Of a stretch of DNA of 64,000 bases, positions 1-11,044 are shown one piece after another. The stretch comes from a virus (taxonomy: Duplodnaviria; Caudoviricetes): the IMG/VR virus record IMGVR_UViG_3300011008_000010, positions 73,796-137,795 of that record. One strand, 5' to 3'. The notes under the pieces were generated by a model. The model saw only the letters and a list, made by a program, of their open reading frames with translations, was not told where the DNA came from and searched no databases. Position 1 is the first letter of the stretch; each line of letters opens with the position of its first letter. The translations under genes were made by a program, and so were the position numbers.

Positions 1-3000
1 GGGAGTTTCGTCAACGAGAAAGATATTAAAAAGAATGTAGAAAAAGTTGTTGGCAGTGCTTTCTCAACATACAATCAGGTATTTAATGCCGGTGGTGGTA
101 CTCAGGAAGCTGCTGCAAAAGCAAGTAGTGCGGCTTTAGCAGATCTCGTAAAAAATCAGGATCTATTGGCAAAATCATCCAGCGATTTAACTAAGTCTAT
201 GATTGAACGGGCTGCTCAAGAAGGTACGAACATAACGCTTGAACAGCAAGAAGCGAAGACAGTAGAAGTTCTGAACAATGAACTTGAGACTGGCGGAAAG
301 AACAGTGCTCAATTTGCTAAAGGTCAAGCGGCAATGAAGAGTGCTATTGCTGCTATTGCTGTTATTGGCGTTTCTCTTGCCATTAATGCTATCAGCGCCT
401 ACATTCGAAAACAGGACGAATTAAGAGAGAAAATTATTGAGAACGGTAAAACGCAAGTAAAGCAAGCACGTAGTTTGCGTGATGCCGTTAATAGTTTTGA
501 TAAGATCAATGCCGACTATAAGACCGGTGCGGCGACATCAGACGAATTAAGAAATGCTATTGAAGGCGTAAACGAAGCTCTCGGAGATCAAAAAGAATTA
601 TTAGCCGGTGTTTCGTCTGGCAGTGATACTTGGAGAAAGCGTCTCGATGAATTAATCGAGAAACAGAATGAGGTTGCTAAGAACGCGGCTCGTTCTGCGT
701 TGTACAATGCATCTAAGAAAAGTGCGACAGATACGGTCAAAGGTATTGGCTGGAGCATTGCCAAATACTGGACTTCTTCTTGGGGAGGTATGTTGCCGAT
801 TGGCAACCTCCTTAAAGACGTAAATCCGATCTCTAAATTTTTTGGAAATAAGAAGGATCTTACCAATCGATCTTCTCAAATTAAGGCATTAAAGGAATGG
901 CAGGATGAGTTAAAAGAACTCGAAGAAGAATATAAAGAACTTGAAAAAGCCCAAGAAGAGGCTATGTCGGAAAATAATGGTGCTGCACTAAAGACCAATC
1001 CGATAAAGGTTCTTCTTGGTTGGCAAACGGATTATGCGAAAGAACTTGATAAGAATCAGAAGAAACAAGACGAGTTAATCAAGAATATTGCTCAATATAA
1101 TGATTCTGTTCAAGAGACGGCTCAGGCAGCAGCATATCTTGTTTGGGAAGACAGTATTAAAGATATAGATAATGCGGCTGACAAATACAAAAAATTAGAT
1201 AAAGCCGTAGAGGATGTAATTAGGACATTTGGACTTGCCGATGACGAAGAAGGCATCAAAGCCGCCAAAGAAATGATTCTGAGTTTCATGGAAATGGATT
1301 CGGAATCTGCTGGGTTTATGGCTCTTAAAAAGGGAGCCGAGGATGCATCTAAAGCAATTGGTGCTGCAAGCGTTTCCGTAGAAGGACTGTTAGAAGCGTT
1401 TGATAAAGGAGATCTGACCGAACAAGACATTTTTGATCTTAGCGATGAAAGATTTAAGAATTATGTAGAGCAGAACCAACTTTATATTAAGAGTGTAGAG
1501 CAAGCTATCGAAACGCTTCATGCTTGGAAAGATGAAGTCAGAGCCGAGGCGAAAGAAACCAATACGCTTGTTGGTGTTATTAGGGACTCTAAAGATGCCA
1601 TAGATGATTTCCAGTCTGCTATATCGAAACTTGGTGCTATAATGAAAGCCGATTATTCGAATAACGCTTCTGGTATGATCGATGATCTGCAAGATCTAAT
1701 CGACGTTATCAGTGGGATGGATACCAAAGTATCCGAGCAATTATTCGATAAGTTAAATAGTGCGTATAGCGTAGAAGCTCTTTCGTCTGCAATGAAGAAG
1801 GCCTCCGAAGAGGCAATGAAATTTAAATTAGATGGCTTAATTGATTCGTTAAATCTTGCAAATCCTGCATTGGAAAAGATGCTTCGTCTTCTTGTTGAAC
1901 AGGAAAAACAAGTAGAAGCAATTACATCTGATTTAGATTCGTTTAAATCTGCTTATCAGAACCTTATTGGGGTGGTAAAAGAATACAATGAAAACGGATT
2001 TTTAACGGCGGATAATATTAACACCATTCTGTCGATGAGTCCGGAGTATTTGGCTGCTCTTGATTATGAAGGTAATAAGCTAAAGTTAAATGAAGAAGCG
2101 TTAAAGAAAATTGTCCTTGTTCGATTGGAAGAAGCAAAGAGGCAAATTGAGTCTAATAGACATACTCAATTGTCTGCAATATATGCAGAACAAGAAGCGA
2201 GGGCAAAGCAAAAGTCTGCCGAATTAACATATGAACATGCGACAGCATTGTTACAAGAAGCAATTGCAGCAGGAAAATCTGAAACAGAAATACTGAAACT
2301 TGAGAAGCAAGTTTATAAACTGTATGAAGCACAACAAAAATTACAGGGTGTAGAGTTTTCGGGTACGCTAGATTCAGATTTGCAAGAGCAAGCAGATGCA
2401 GTAAATGAAACTGCCGATGCTGCGATTGATAGTATTGATCATGTCATAGACGAGTTTGAAAACGGATCTATGGATGCGCTCAATACATTTCTCGGTGTTA
2501 CAGATGACATTGAAAAAGATGCCGAGGATGCCGCAGAAGAACTTAAATCTCAGATAGACTCCGTTCTTTCTAAGTGGAAATCTGCGCTGGATTCCGGTGC
2601 GATTAACTATAAGCAATATCTGGACAAAATGAAGTCCATGCGCAATCAGTATGCAGATCAGTTAAATACCGAAGATTTGCTGCAAATGGATGTAGATATT
2701 GCCCAGGAAGAACAGAATATGTGGAAGGAGGCTATGGACGCTGCCGGTAGATATATTGACCGGGAGATGAAGAAGCCTATTGAAGATCGTATCACCGCAT
2801 TAAATTCTGAGAAAGATGCATTAGAAAGAAATAAGGATGCCATCAGTGATTACTATGATGGTATCATTGATGGTTTTGAGAAACAAAAGGAAGCTGTTGA
2901 AAATCAGATTGACGCTGTTGAGAAAGCGTATGAAGCTCAGATTAAGCCTCTTGAGAATCAGCAGAAGGCAATCAATAAGCAAATTAAGGCTATTGAAAAG

Positions 3001-6000
3001 CAGAAGCAAGTTATTGAGGATGAGATAAAGGTTCTTGAAAGATCTAAACGGCCTTATGAAAAACAACAAAAGGCTATTGATAAAGAAATTAAAGCGATTG
3101 AGCGTGAAATTTCTGTTATTGAAAAATCCAAGAAACCTTATGAGCAGAAACAAAAGGCATTAGAAAAGGAAATCAAGGCAATTGAAAAGCAGATTGATAT
3201 CCTTGAACGCTCCAAGCGTCCTTATGAAGATCAACAGAAGGCGATAAACAAGGAAATCAAGGCGATTGAAAAAGAGATCAACGCTCTTGAAAAGACTAAA
3301 AAGCCTTATGAGAAGCAACAGAAGGCTATTGCAAAGCAAGTTAAGGCAATACAACGGCAGATCGATGCGCTTGAAGATACAAAACGTCCTTACGAAGATC
3401 AGCAAAAGGCAATTGACAAGCAAGTCAAGGCAATTAATAAACAGATTAAGGCTTTAGAGAAATCCAAAAAGCCTTATGAAGATCAGCAAAAGGCTATTGA
3501 CAAGCAATCAAAGGCAATTCAGAAGCAGATAAATGCTTTGGAAAAGTCTAAAAAGCCCTACGAAGATCAACAGAAGGCGATAAGCAAAGAAATCAAGTCT
3601 ATCGAAAAGCAGATTAAGGCGATACAGGATACTGAAAAGCCCTATAAAGAAGAACAAGAATCAATCGAGAAGTCTATTCGTGCGATTGAGCAGAAAATTA
3701 AAGCGTTTGAAAAACTGCAACAGCCATATAAAGAACAGCTTGATCTTGTTAATAAGGAAGTTGCCGCTCTTGAGAGAGAAATTGAACTTATGGAGCGGTC
3801 AAAACGATCTTATGAACAACGACGTGATGCAGTTCAAAATGAAATTGATGCTCTGGAATATCAGATGTCTGTTATTGGCAGACAGGAAACTGCGTATAAG
3901 CGCGAACAAGACGCTCTGAATAAAGACATTGAACTTCTTGAGCGCCAGGTTTCTATCCTTGAATATAGGAAGAAGCCTTATGAAATTGCACAAAGACAAA
4001 TTGAAAGACAGATTGGTCTTTTGCAGCAAGAGCAGAAAGAACTTGAGAAATTAAAAGAGCCTTACGAAGAAGAGATTAAAGCCTTAGAGAAAGAGCTTGA
4101 GGCTATGCAGGAAGCCAATGAAGAACGGCAAGCTGCACTTGATCTTCAACAGGCAGAATATAATCTCAGGAGAGCACAGCAGCAAAGAACCAATTATGTT
4201 TATCAGGATGGACAGTTCCAGTATATTGCAGATCAGACAGCTATTAAAGATGCTCAAAAGACGATAGATGATCTCAAATACGAGGAATCTGTAAAACGCG
4301 TTGAAAAGGCAATTGATAGGTTACAGGATAAGATTGACGAGATTACCGCTCAGAGCGATGCTATCCAAAAAGATATCGATGAACTGACAGATAAAAACGA
4401 TCAACTTGCCGAAAGCATTCAGCGCATACAGGATGAAATAGATCCTATTCAGGACGATATAGATGAGCTGACGTTTAAAGCAGAAGAATTACAGTGGTCT
4501 ATAAATGACATTGAGTATTCGATGACAAGTATCCAGTATGCCATCGAAGACTTAGAGGCTGCAAACGAAGATTTGGAAGAATCAATCCGACAGATTGACG
4601 AAGCTATTCAGCCTTTACAGTATAGGCTTGATTCATTAAAAGATACTGCTTCTGACTTGCAATGGGAAATCGACAAGATACAGCAATACATCGATCCGTT
4701 AAATACAGAGATCGAAGGGTTGAATGATACGATTTCTGAACTTCAGCTTATTATTGATGAAATCGAAGAATCAATTGATCCGCTTAATGAAAAGATCGAC
4801 GAGCTGAATGAGCACAATGATTTATTACAGGAATCTATCGATGCTATAACAGACGCGATTGAACCGTTAAACGAACAAATTGACGAGTTAGCGGAACAGT
4901 CAGATTTAATACAGGAAAAGATTGACGAAATTAATGATGCGATTGATCCTCTTAATGATCAGATTGATGATCTGAATGAACAAGGGGATGAATTGCAAGA
5001 AATGATCGATTCTATCGGCGAATCTATTGATGAGCTAAGTCGTCAAATAGATGATCTGAATAGGCAGAGCGATTTTATACAGGATATTATCGATGAAATC
5101 GATGAGGCTATTGAGCCTCTCGAAGAACATTTAGACGAACTGAATGAAAAGAGCGAAGAGCTTCAAGAGCAAATAGATGCAATTGATGAAGCAATCGAAC
5201 CTTTGCAGAGAACAATCGACGAGTTAAACGATCAGATTAGTGATTTGCAGGATGTTATCGATGCTATCGATGAATCTATGGAGCCGCTTCAGGAAAGAAT
5301 CGAAGCACTTAATGAAGAGAGCGAAGAACTTCAGCAGACTATCGATGAAATCGATGAGGCCATTGAAGAACTGAACTATCAGCTCGAACCGTTAAACGAC
5401 GAGATTGATCTTCTTAACAGGCAGAACGATGAACTTAGCGAATCAATAGAAGAACTCAGAGAACAACAGGAGTTGGAAGTTGAAGCGTTACAGGCTCAGA
5501 GCGACGCTATAAGCGAACAGATTGATTATTATCAGCAGTTAAAAGAACAGGCAGAAGAATCGATCCAGGCTCAGATAGATAAAATCGATGAACATATCGA
5601 TGCGTTGGATAAGGAAATCGAAGGTATCGAAGCATATAAAGATCAGCTCACGAGCATCTTTGATGAAATTGATGCAAGAAAAGACGAAGATCTTCTTACT
5701 ACGTTATTCGGTGAAGGATGGCAAGAGAAACTACAATCATTAGATCCTCAGATTATAGCTGATTTTGCTGCTGGATATGAAGATTCTACGGAAAGATTAA
5801 AGGAAGCGAATCAGGTAGTCATTGATTCGTTAGAAGGACCAGATGGTCTTGGACAGGCAGCGGAAGAAACCGAACAAGACGTGTCTGAATTAAAAGATAC
5901 GATGGCCAATGCCGATGAAGCAATAGGCGAAGGATCGATTAAGGATGCTATGGATCAGACTGCTGTATCTGCTGAAGATATGGCAGAAAGTTTTGTTAAA

Positions 6001-7665
6001 GTTAGAGACAACATTGACGAAGTAATTGATGCTATTGGAAGGCTTTGGGAACAGCGTGGGACTTTTAATGAAATTGGAGGCATGATAGATGTCTACCTGA
6101 TTCAAAAGTTCCATGAAACCAAAGAAGCTATTGATCCTACTTTAATTGATACAATTGGTTTGCTGTGGGATGCCGTTCGTGTCAACAGCGTGATGATTGG
6201 CGATGCCATCGAGAATAACATATTAGGTGCTCTAAAGGATATTGAGGAATTCTTGAATAAGAATATTCCCGAAGCATCTGATTATGCAAAACAAGAGGTG
6301 ATCAAAGATATTGAAGAGATCGTCTCTTTTATGACTGATCGTGCGCAGCCTGGTTTATTAACTGCAATCGATACGATCAAAGAAGAGGCAATCAACGCTT
6401 CCGATGAAATTGTTCGTGAAGTTGAAGACGATATAGATCAGATCGTTAGTTATGCGGAAGATCCTGGTAAAGCACAGCTTGTTGCTACGGCAGAGCAGAC
6501 AAGGATTGATATTTCTGAGATTTCAGATGATCTTGTGGATGATATCGAAGATGATGTTAGAGAAATCTGTGAGGTTATTGTTCCTAATGGTCTTAGAGAA
6601 TGCGAAAAAGAGATACAAGATTCCGTTGATAATGTAATTATTCCTAAATTAAGGGATATAAAAGACGAGATCGACGAAATTGTTAGTGCTGCTTTAGAAG
6701 CAATGCAAACTGTTTCTGAAATGGGTATGACAATTGCCAATGCAATTAATGAGGTTGCACAAAATATTAGCAATGTTATTAGTGGTATTGAGGAATCAAT
6801 TAATAATACCTATGAAAATCTCACAAAAGAAGGCGGTCTAATACAAAAGCTACATGAGGCGGCAGAAGCTGCTGCTCAGATCCCTGGATATGGTGTTGCT
6901 CAACCAGATCAAACTCAGGATGATGGCGGTGGCGGTGATCAGAATAACAATTATGATAATAACAACGGTGGTGGTGACAATAATTATGATGTTCAGTCTG
7001 CCGAAGTTCAAACAGATCAGTTTGTTGTTCAGAATGCCAATATTGAAATGACAACATCTGAAGGTAAGCGAGATGGATATCAAACTTACCGGATGGGCGA
7101 AAAGAGCATTTCTTATCAAAGATATAAGACCGAGGCTGGAAAAGAAGAAATTGAAAAATGGAGAGCGCAAGGTTACGACATCAGAGTAACATCTGGAGTT
7201 GGTGGTCGAACACTCTTCACTGTTGATCGCTATGGCAAAGGTGGGTATGTTGCAACTGAAAAGTTAAAGACGCCACTTACCAATTTGGCCAATGCTGTTG
7301 GCGAAGATAAGATGGTCGCCGTACAAGAAGGCGAACGCATCCTTACTCCTACTCAAAATAGGGATTTTGAAGAATTTGTCAGATTAACACCTGAGTTAAT
7401 TAGTGCAACTGAAAGTCTTGCAAAATATGCAAAATTATTCGAAGACATTTCCACTATGGATTCGATGGCGTCAGAAGCAGGCATGATGCGTGGTGTCAAT
7501 GGTGTTGTGGACAGAGCAAATGCTGCTCCTGTTACGAATAATACTATGTCGCTTAATATCGGTGATATCCATGTGCATGAAGCTAAGAATGCTGACGACC
7601 TTGCAAGACAGATTAAGAACAATTTGCCTAACTCTTTGATTCAGGCGTTAGGTAGAGCAAGTTAA
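1..7665 (+). CDS. Phage tail tape measure protein (5' end outside the window)
   Basis: Frame 1 is open from base 1, so the TTG at 166 is not the true start. More than 2500 aa, helical/coiled-coil, with a TMP-like C-terminus (GERILTP; NIGDIHVHE..ADDLARQI), directly upstream of baseplate genes. Confidence 0.85.
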   Translation, partial: GSFVNEKDIKKNVEKVVGSAFSTYNQVFNAGGGTQEAAAKASSAALADLVKNQDLLAKSSSDLTKSMIERAAQEGTNITLEQQEAKTVEVLNNELETGGKNSAQFAKGQAAMKSAIAAIAVIGVSLAINAISAYIRKQDELREKIIENGKTQVKQARSLRDAVNSFDKINADYKTGAATSDELRNAIEGVNEALGDQKELLAGVSSGSDTWRKRLDELIEKQNEVAKNAARSALYNASKKSATDTVKGIGWSIAKYWTSSWGGMLPIGNLLKDVNPISKFFGNKKDLTNRSSQIKALKEWQDELKELEEEYKELEKAQEEAMSENNGAALKTNPIKVLLGWQTDYAKELDKNQKKQDELIKNIAQYNDSVQETAQAAAYLVWEDSIKDIDNAADKYKKLDKAVEDVIRTFGLADDEEGIKAAKEMILSFMEMDSESAGFMALKKGAEDASKAIGAASVSVEGLLEAFDKGDLTEQDIFDLSDERFKNYVEQNQLYIKSVEQAIETLHAWKDEVRAEAKETNTLVGVIRDSKDAIDDFQSAISKLGAIMKADYSNNASGMIDDLQDLIDVISGMDTKVSEQLFDKLNSAYSVEALSSAMKKASEEAMKFKLDGLIDSLNLANPALEKMLRLLVEQEKQVEAITSDLDSFKSAYQNLIGVVKEYNENGFLTADNINTILSMSPEYLAALDYEGNKLKLNEEALKKIVLVRLEEAKRQIESNRHTQLSAIYAEQEARAKQKSAELTYEHATALLQEAIAAGKSETEILKLEKQVYKLYEAQQKLQGVEFSGTLDSDLQEQADAVNETADAAIDSIDHVIDEFENGSMDALNTFLGVTDDIEKDAEDAAEELKSQIDSVLSKWKSALDSGAINYKQYLDKMKSMRNQYADQLNTEDLLQMDVDIAQEEQNMWKEAMDAAGRYIDREMKKPIEDRITALNSEKDALERNKDAISDYYDGIIDGFEKQKEAVENQIDAVEKAYEAQIKPLENQQKAINKQIKAIEKQKQVIEDEIKVLERSKRPYEKQQKAIDKEIKAIEREISVIEKSKKPYEQKQKALEKEIKAIEKQIDILERSKRPYEDQQKAINKEIKAIEKEINALEKTKKPYEKQQKAIAKQVKAIQRQIDALEDTKRPYEDQQKAIDKQVKAINKQIKALEKSKKPYEDQQKAIDKQSKAIQKQINALEKSKKPYEDQQKAISKEIKSIEKQIKAIQDTEKPYKEEQESIEKSIRAIEQKIKAFEKLQQPYKEQLDLVNKEVAALEREIELMERSKRSYEQRRDAVQNEIDALEYQMSVIGRQETAYKREQDALNKDIELLERQVSILEYRKKPYEIAQRQIERQIGLLQQEQKELEKLKEPYEEEIKALEKELEAMQEANEERQAALDLQQAEYNLRRAQQQRTNYVYQDGQFQYIADQTAIKDAQKTIDDLKYEESVKRVEKAIDRLQDKIDEITAQSDAIQKDIDELTDKNDQLAESIQRIQDEIDPIQDDIDELTFKAEELQWSINDIEYSMTSIQYAIEDLEAANEDLEESIRQIDEAIQPLQYRLDSLKDTASDLQWEIDKIQQYIDPLNTEIEGLNDTISELQLIIDEIEESIDPLNEKIDELNEHNDLLQESIDAITDAIEPLNEQIDELAEQSDLIQEKIDEINDAIDPLNDQIDDLNEQGDELQEMIDSIGESIDELSRQIDDLNRQSDFIQDIIDEIDEAIEPLEEHLDELNEKSEELQEQIDAIDEAIEPLQRTIDELNDQISDLQDVIDAIDESMEPLQERIEALNEESEELQQTIDEIDEAIEELNYQLEPLNDEIDLLNRQNDELSESIEELREQQELEVEALQAQSDAISEQIDYYQQLKEQAEESIQAQIDKIDEHIDALDKEIEGIEAYKDQLTSIFDEIDARKDEDLLTTLFGEGWQEKLQSLDPQIIADFAAGYEDSTERLKEANQVVIDSLEGPDGLGQAAEETEQDVSELKDTMANADEAIGEGSIKDAMDQTAVSAEDMAESFVKVRDNIDEVIDAIGRLWEQRGTFNEIGGMIDVYLIQKFHETKEAIDPTLIDTIGLLWDAVRVNSVMIGDAIENNILGALKDIEEFLNKNIPEASDYAKQEVIKDIEEIVSFMTDRAQPGLLTAIDTIKEEAINASDEIVREVEDDIDQIVSYAEDPGKAQLVATAEQTRIDISEISDDLVDDIEDDVREICEVIVPNGLRECEKEIQDSVDNVIIPKLRDIKDEIDEIVSAALEAMQTVSEMGMTIANAINEVAQNISNVISGIEESINNTYENLTKEGGLIQKLHEAAEAAAQIPGYGVAQPDQTQDDGGGGDQNNNYDNNNGGGDNNYDVQSAEVQTDQFVVQNANIEMTTSEGKRDGYQTYRMGEKSISYQRYKTEAGKEEIEKWRAQGYDIRVTSGVGGRTLFTVDRYGKGGYVATEKLKTPLTNLANAVGEDKMVAVQEGERILTPTQNRDFEEFVRLTPELISATESLAKYAKLFEDISTMDSMASEAGMMRGVNGVVDRANAAPVTNNTMSLNIGDIHVHEAKNADDLARQIKNNLPNSLIQALGRAS
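2941..5460 (+). repeat. Coding 84-bp (28-aa) repeats in the TMP: about 13 basic units, then about 12 acidic units
   Basis: KKPYEDQQKAIxKxIKAIEKQIxxLEKS repeats, then IDPLNEQIDELNEQxDxLQExIDxIDEA repeats. Confidence 0.9.
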
Positions 7666-7680
7666 AGGAAAGGGCAGGTA

Positions 7681-7956
7681 ATGAAGAAAGAACAGAAAGA
7701 GGCAATAGATGTTATCGCTGATTCGATCATCGATACTTGCCGAAGGATTATTAATGGGGCAGCATATGATAAAACATATGCTGCCACCATTTTAAAAGCA
7801 AATGATATGAAGAATGATTTTTATGAAGTTATTGTTGAAGGAGAGCCGCGTAACGTAAAAAACGCAACTCCTATGACATTTGACCCAAGTTGTCCCGTAT
7901 GGTGTACTGCGCCTATGGGAGACTTAACGAAGATGTTTATATCTGGAAGACGATAG
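7681..7956 (+). CDS. Small phage tail/baseplate-region protein
   Basis: 91-aa ORF with a purine-rich RBS directly after the TMP. Confidence 0.7.
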   Translation: MKKEQKEAIDVIADSIIDTCRRIINGAAYDKTYAATILKANDMKNDFYEVIVEGEPRNVKNATPMTFDPSCPVWCTAPMGDLTKMFISGRR

Positions 7957-7982
7957 GATTATTTGGATAAGAGGATAAAAAA

Positions 7983-8330
7983 ATGACCATTACATTATTT
8001 GTAACATTGTTTACGGTTGGAGCTACTATTGCAGGATTATTTACGGAAGCAATTAAAAAAGCATACCAAAACGCAGGGAAGCAATATTCAGCAAATATCA
8101 TTGCTTTGATTGATTCTGTAGTCGTCGGTGGTCTTGGTACCGCAGCGGCTTATATGCTAATGGGAATTCCGTGGACTGTAAACAACGTGATATGTTTACT
8201 GCTTATGATGGTTGTTGTTTGGTTGGCTTCGATGTTAGGTTACGATAAGATCGCACAGATGTTAGAACAAATCAAAAACGTGTCCAGCACCTCTGTTTCT
8301 GAATCTTCTCAAAACAACCCTTCTAAATAA
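7983..8330 (+). CDS. Membrane protein with about 3 TM segments (holin-like)
   Basis: Three hydrophobic segments and a polar C-terminal tail. Confidence 0.6.
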   Translation: MTITLFVTLFTVGATIAGLFTEAIKKAYQNAGKQYSANIIALIDSVVVGGLGTAAAYMLMGIPWTVNNVICLLLMMVVVWLASMLGYDKIAQMLEQIKNVSSTSVSESSQNNPSK

Positions 8331-8380
8331 AGTACAACTCAAGCAAAGCACATAATAATACACACAACAGTCGGGCACTT

Positions 8381-8412
8381 TAGGAGAGTGGGAGTCACAG
8401 CCCACTCTCCTA
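8381..8412. promoter_or_regulatory. Perfect 12-bp stem-loop (terminator or processing site)
   Basis: taggagagtggg-agtcacag-cccactctccta in an intergenic region; no U-tract. Confidence 0.45.
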
Positions 8413-8477
8413 CCACTCTATCCTATTACAACAAATGTAGATTTGTTTTACTAAAACATATGTAAAATTGATGAAAG

Positions 8478-9731
8478 GTGAAGACTATGGCAAAACCTGT
8501 AATTAACAATATAAACGCTATGGAGAGTTCGCGTGGCGCGGTTATTACGTTCTCTTTGATGGGCGAACAATCTTATGGTAATAAAATTTGGGTTTACGAT
8601 ACTCTTGACCTGTCATTAGTTTATGAGTATCCGAAGCAATTTAAATATTCAAAAGATTCTGTCGAACTTAGCTGTGCAATACCGGCAAATGTTCTAAACA
8701 ACGGTTCGAAATATTATTGCCAGATACAATGTCTAAACAAAGACGGTAATCCTGGAAGCATATCTGAAAAAAGCGTGTTCTATTGTTTGGCGTCTCCGGA
8801 ACTCCGTTTTGCAGATGTTGTCGATGGACAAAAAGTAGAAACATCTTATTTGAATGTTAGACTAACATATTATCAGGCGAACGGGGAAAAATTACAAAGT
8901 TATAGATTCGGAATTTATGATAAGAATAAGTTATTGATGAATGAAAGCGAATTGTTCTTTTATGCTTCAAATGATTCTATGACTTATCGTTTCAAGGGTT
9001 TGGCAACAGGGCATACATATTATATTCGTGCTACCGGATATACGGCAAAGGGTTTGCAATGTGATACTGGTCTTATCGAAATTAAACCTGAATATACTTT
9101 GAAAAAAGATTTTTCACAACTTAATCTTGAGAACAAATATTATCAAGGTATTATCCTTGTAAGGACGAGTATCGTGCTTATTGGATATGAATTAAATAAC
9201 AAAGATTATTTGTTCGTCCGCAACGAAGCCGTCGATCTTACAGGCCGTAATTTAGATTATCTCGATGTACTTGAATATAAAAGTGGTTTTGTAATTGACG
9301 GGGATTGGACCATGTGGCTCAAATTATATGGTTCGAATATAAACACCGAGCTCTTGAGATTTTCTAACGAATTAGGACAGATGATTAGAATCACTGTGCA
9401 CAGATATGATAATATGATGCGTTATAAGTTAGAAGTGAGCGATGGTATCACTAAATATATTAGATATACGAATGCTATTGCTTATTCTAAGACAAAGTAT
9501 CATACGTTGTTTGTTCGTCGGGAGGAACATCTTTTTGATTTCAGAGTATTCGATGGAACTCAAACAGAACAGGGAGATTATACATTATATCAGACATCAA
9601 ATGGAGAATTGTTTGTTTCATATACAGGTCCAATGCCTGCGTTTAGGTATGTATCTCCTAGTTTATACTATGCAGGCGATGATGAGTTGCGATATGACGC
9701 CAACACCGGTAGTTTATACCGCAGAGTTTGA
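8478..9731 (+). CDS. Baseplate/tail protein with fibronectin type III-like segments
   Basis: Beta-rich; FN3-like motif YRFKGLATGHTYYIRATGYT; lies downstream of the TMP. Confidence 0.6.
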   Translation: MKTMAKPVINNINAMESSRGAVITFSLMGEQSYGNKIWVYDTLDLSLVYEYPKQFKYSKDSVELSCAIPANVLNNGSKYYCQIQCLNKDGNPGSISEKSVFYCLASPELRFADVVDGQKVETSYLNVRLTYYQANGEKLQSYRFGIYDKNKLLMNESELFFYASNDSMTYRFKGLATGHTYYIRATGYTAKGLQCDTGLIEIKPEYTLKKDFSQLNLENKYYQGIILVRTSIVLIGYELNNKDYLFVRNEAVDLTGRNLDYLDVLEYKSGFVIDGDWTMWLKLYGSNINTELLRFSNELGQMIRITVHRYDNMMRYKLEVSDGITKYIRYTNAIAYSKTKYHTLFVRREEHLFDFRVFDGTQTEQGDYTLYQTSNGELFVSYTGPMPAFRYVSPSLYYAGDDELRYDANTGSLYRRV

Positions 9732-9751
9732 TTTTAGGAGGGGCATGTGCA

Positions 9752-11044
9752 ATGGCCGAGAGAAAGATAGCAGAAAACATAAAAGGCGCTGATGCAGAAC
9801 CAACAAGTTGGTCGTTTGTTACCCCAGATACTTTGACTCCAGGCGCACAGGCAACAGTACAGAATTTGGGGACACCAACTCGACCAATCATAAAGTTTGG
9901 AATTCCATCTGGTTTGCAAGGCGCTCCAGGCTCGGCAGGTCGAAATGGGATCGACGGTCAAGATGGTGAATCTATTGTTGGCCCAAGGGGTAGAGCCGCA
10001 ACATTGAAAATTAATTCTGTTGAGATGTTAGATTCAGATGCAGAACCAGAGGTTGAGAACATCGGTAATGAAACCGATGCAGAATATATTATAAGACTAC
10101 CTCGTGCAGTTGGATCTATCCCAGATGAAGAACTTATAGAGAACAGTGATAATACGGTTCAATCAAAAGTAATACAAGAAGCTCTCAACCTTAAAGCAGA
10201 TTCCTCTTCTATCCCTACAAAGTTATCGGATTTGGAAAATGATAGAAATTTTCTTTCAGAATCTTCTGTAGAAATTATGATAGAAGATGCGGTACAAGAA
10301 GCAACAATGGCTGTAAATCCTGTAGACACAGAGATGTCGAATATTTCTCAAAACGCAGTACAAAATAAAGTTATCAACGCTGCTATTCAAGAAAAAGTCG
10401 GTATGACAATTGAACCTGCTTTGGACGATAATGATGTAATGTATGGCGAAAGAGTTACATTTAATAACAGCGAAAGAGCAATATCTATGGTGCTTACCGG
10501 AGAAGATATTGAGTCGGTTATTATTTATCAAAATCTTGCAGAACGCATTCCTACAATTGTGTCTGAATTGCCGACAGAAGGGAACACAGAGAAGTTGTAT
10601 CTGGTTCCATCTGGAGACAACAATTATTCTATGCATATTTGGATGGAAGTTGACGAGGTTGAGAAATGGGTAAATATTAATAGCGGCGGAAGCGCAAAAC
10701 CAACGTTTTTAAGAAAAAGAAAAGAGTTTAACTTGCCCGCTGCTTCCAGTACAATGATCGGGTCGATGTGTTCATATAGCTGGGATATTGAAGATACCAG
10801 TCTTATACAGGAATTTTACGAAGACGGATTCAGTATAGTCGATGTATTGCCCGGTTTTGTAACCGTTACAAGATCTGAGAACGGAGTCGATTCTTACGAT
10901 GGTCTTATTGTTTATACAGACTTTAAGAATGCCGAAGACGATGGCGTGTCTTCTATAAGTGTTTTTAATTGTAGTCAAAAAGACATTTATGTTGATTCCG
11001 ACAGTAGTGTTTATTTGAACATTCTTTATATAAAAAATGATTAG
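9752..11044 (+). CDS. Collagen-repeat tail fibre/accessory protein
   Basis: Gly-X-Y run (GLQGAPGSAGRNGIDGQDGE) and NAVQNKVI fibre motifs; ATG at 9752 follows AGGAGG. Confidence 0.65.
   Translation: MAERKIAENIKGADAEPTSWSFVTPDTLTPGAQATVQNLGTPTRPIIKFGIPSGLQGAPGSAGRNGIDGQDGESIVGPRGRAATLKINSVEMLDSDAEPEVENIGNETDAEYIIRLPRAVGSIPDEELIENSDNTVQSKVIQEALNLKADSSSIPTKLSDLENDRNFLSESSVEIMIEDAVQEATMAVNPVDTEMSNISQNAVQNKVINAAIQEKVGMTIEPALDDNDVMYGERVTFNNSERAISMVLTGEDIESVIIYQNLAERIPTIVSELPTEGNTEKLYLVPSGDNNYSMHIWMEVDEVEKWVNINSGGSAKPTFLRKRKEFNLPAASSTMIGSMCSYSWDIEDTSLIQEFYEDGFSIVDVLPGFVTVTRSENGVDSYDGLIVYTDFKNAEDDGVSSISVFNCSQKDIYVDSDSSVYLNILYIKND

Noticed and set aside
2941-5460. Periodic DNA as a CRISPR or ncRNA array
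   Set aside because: These are degenerate in-frame coding repeats with no repeat-spacer structure, and there are no cas genes.
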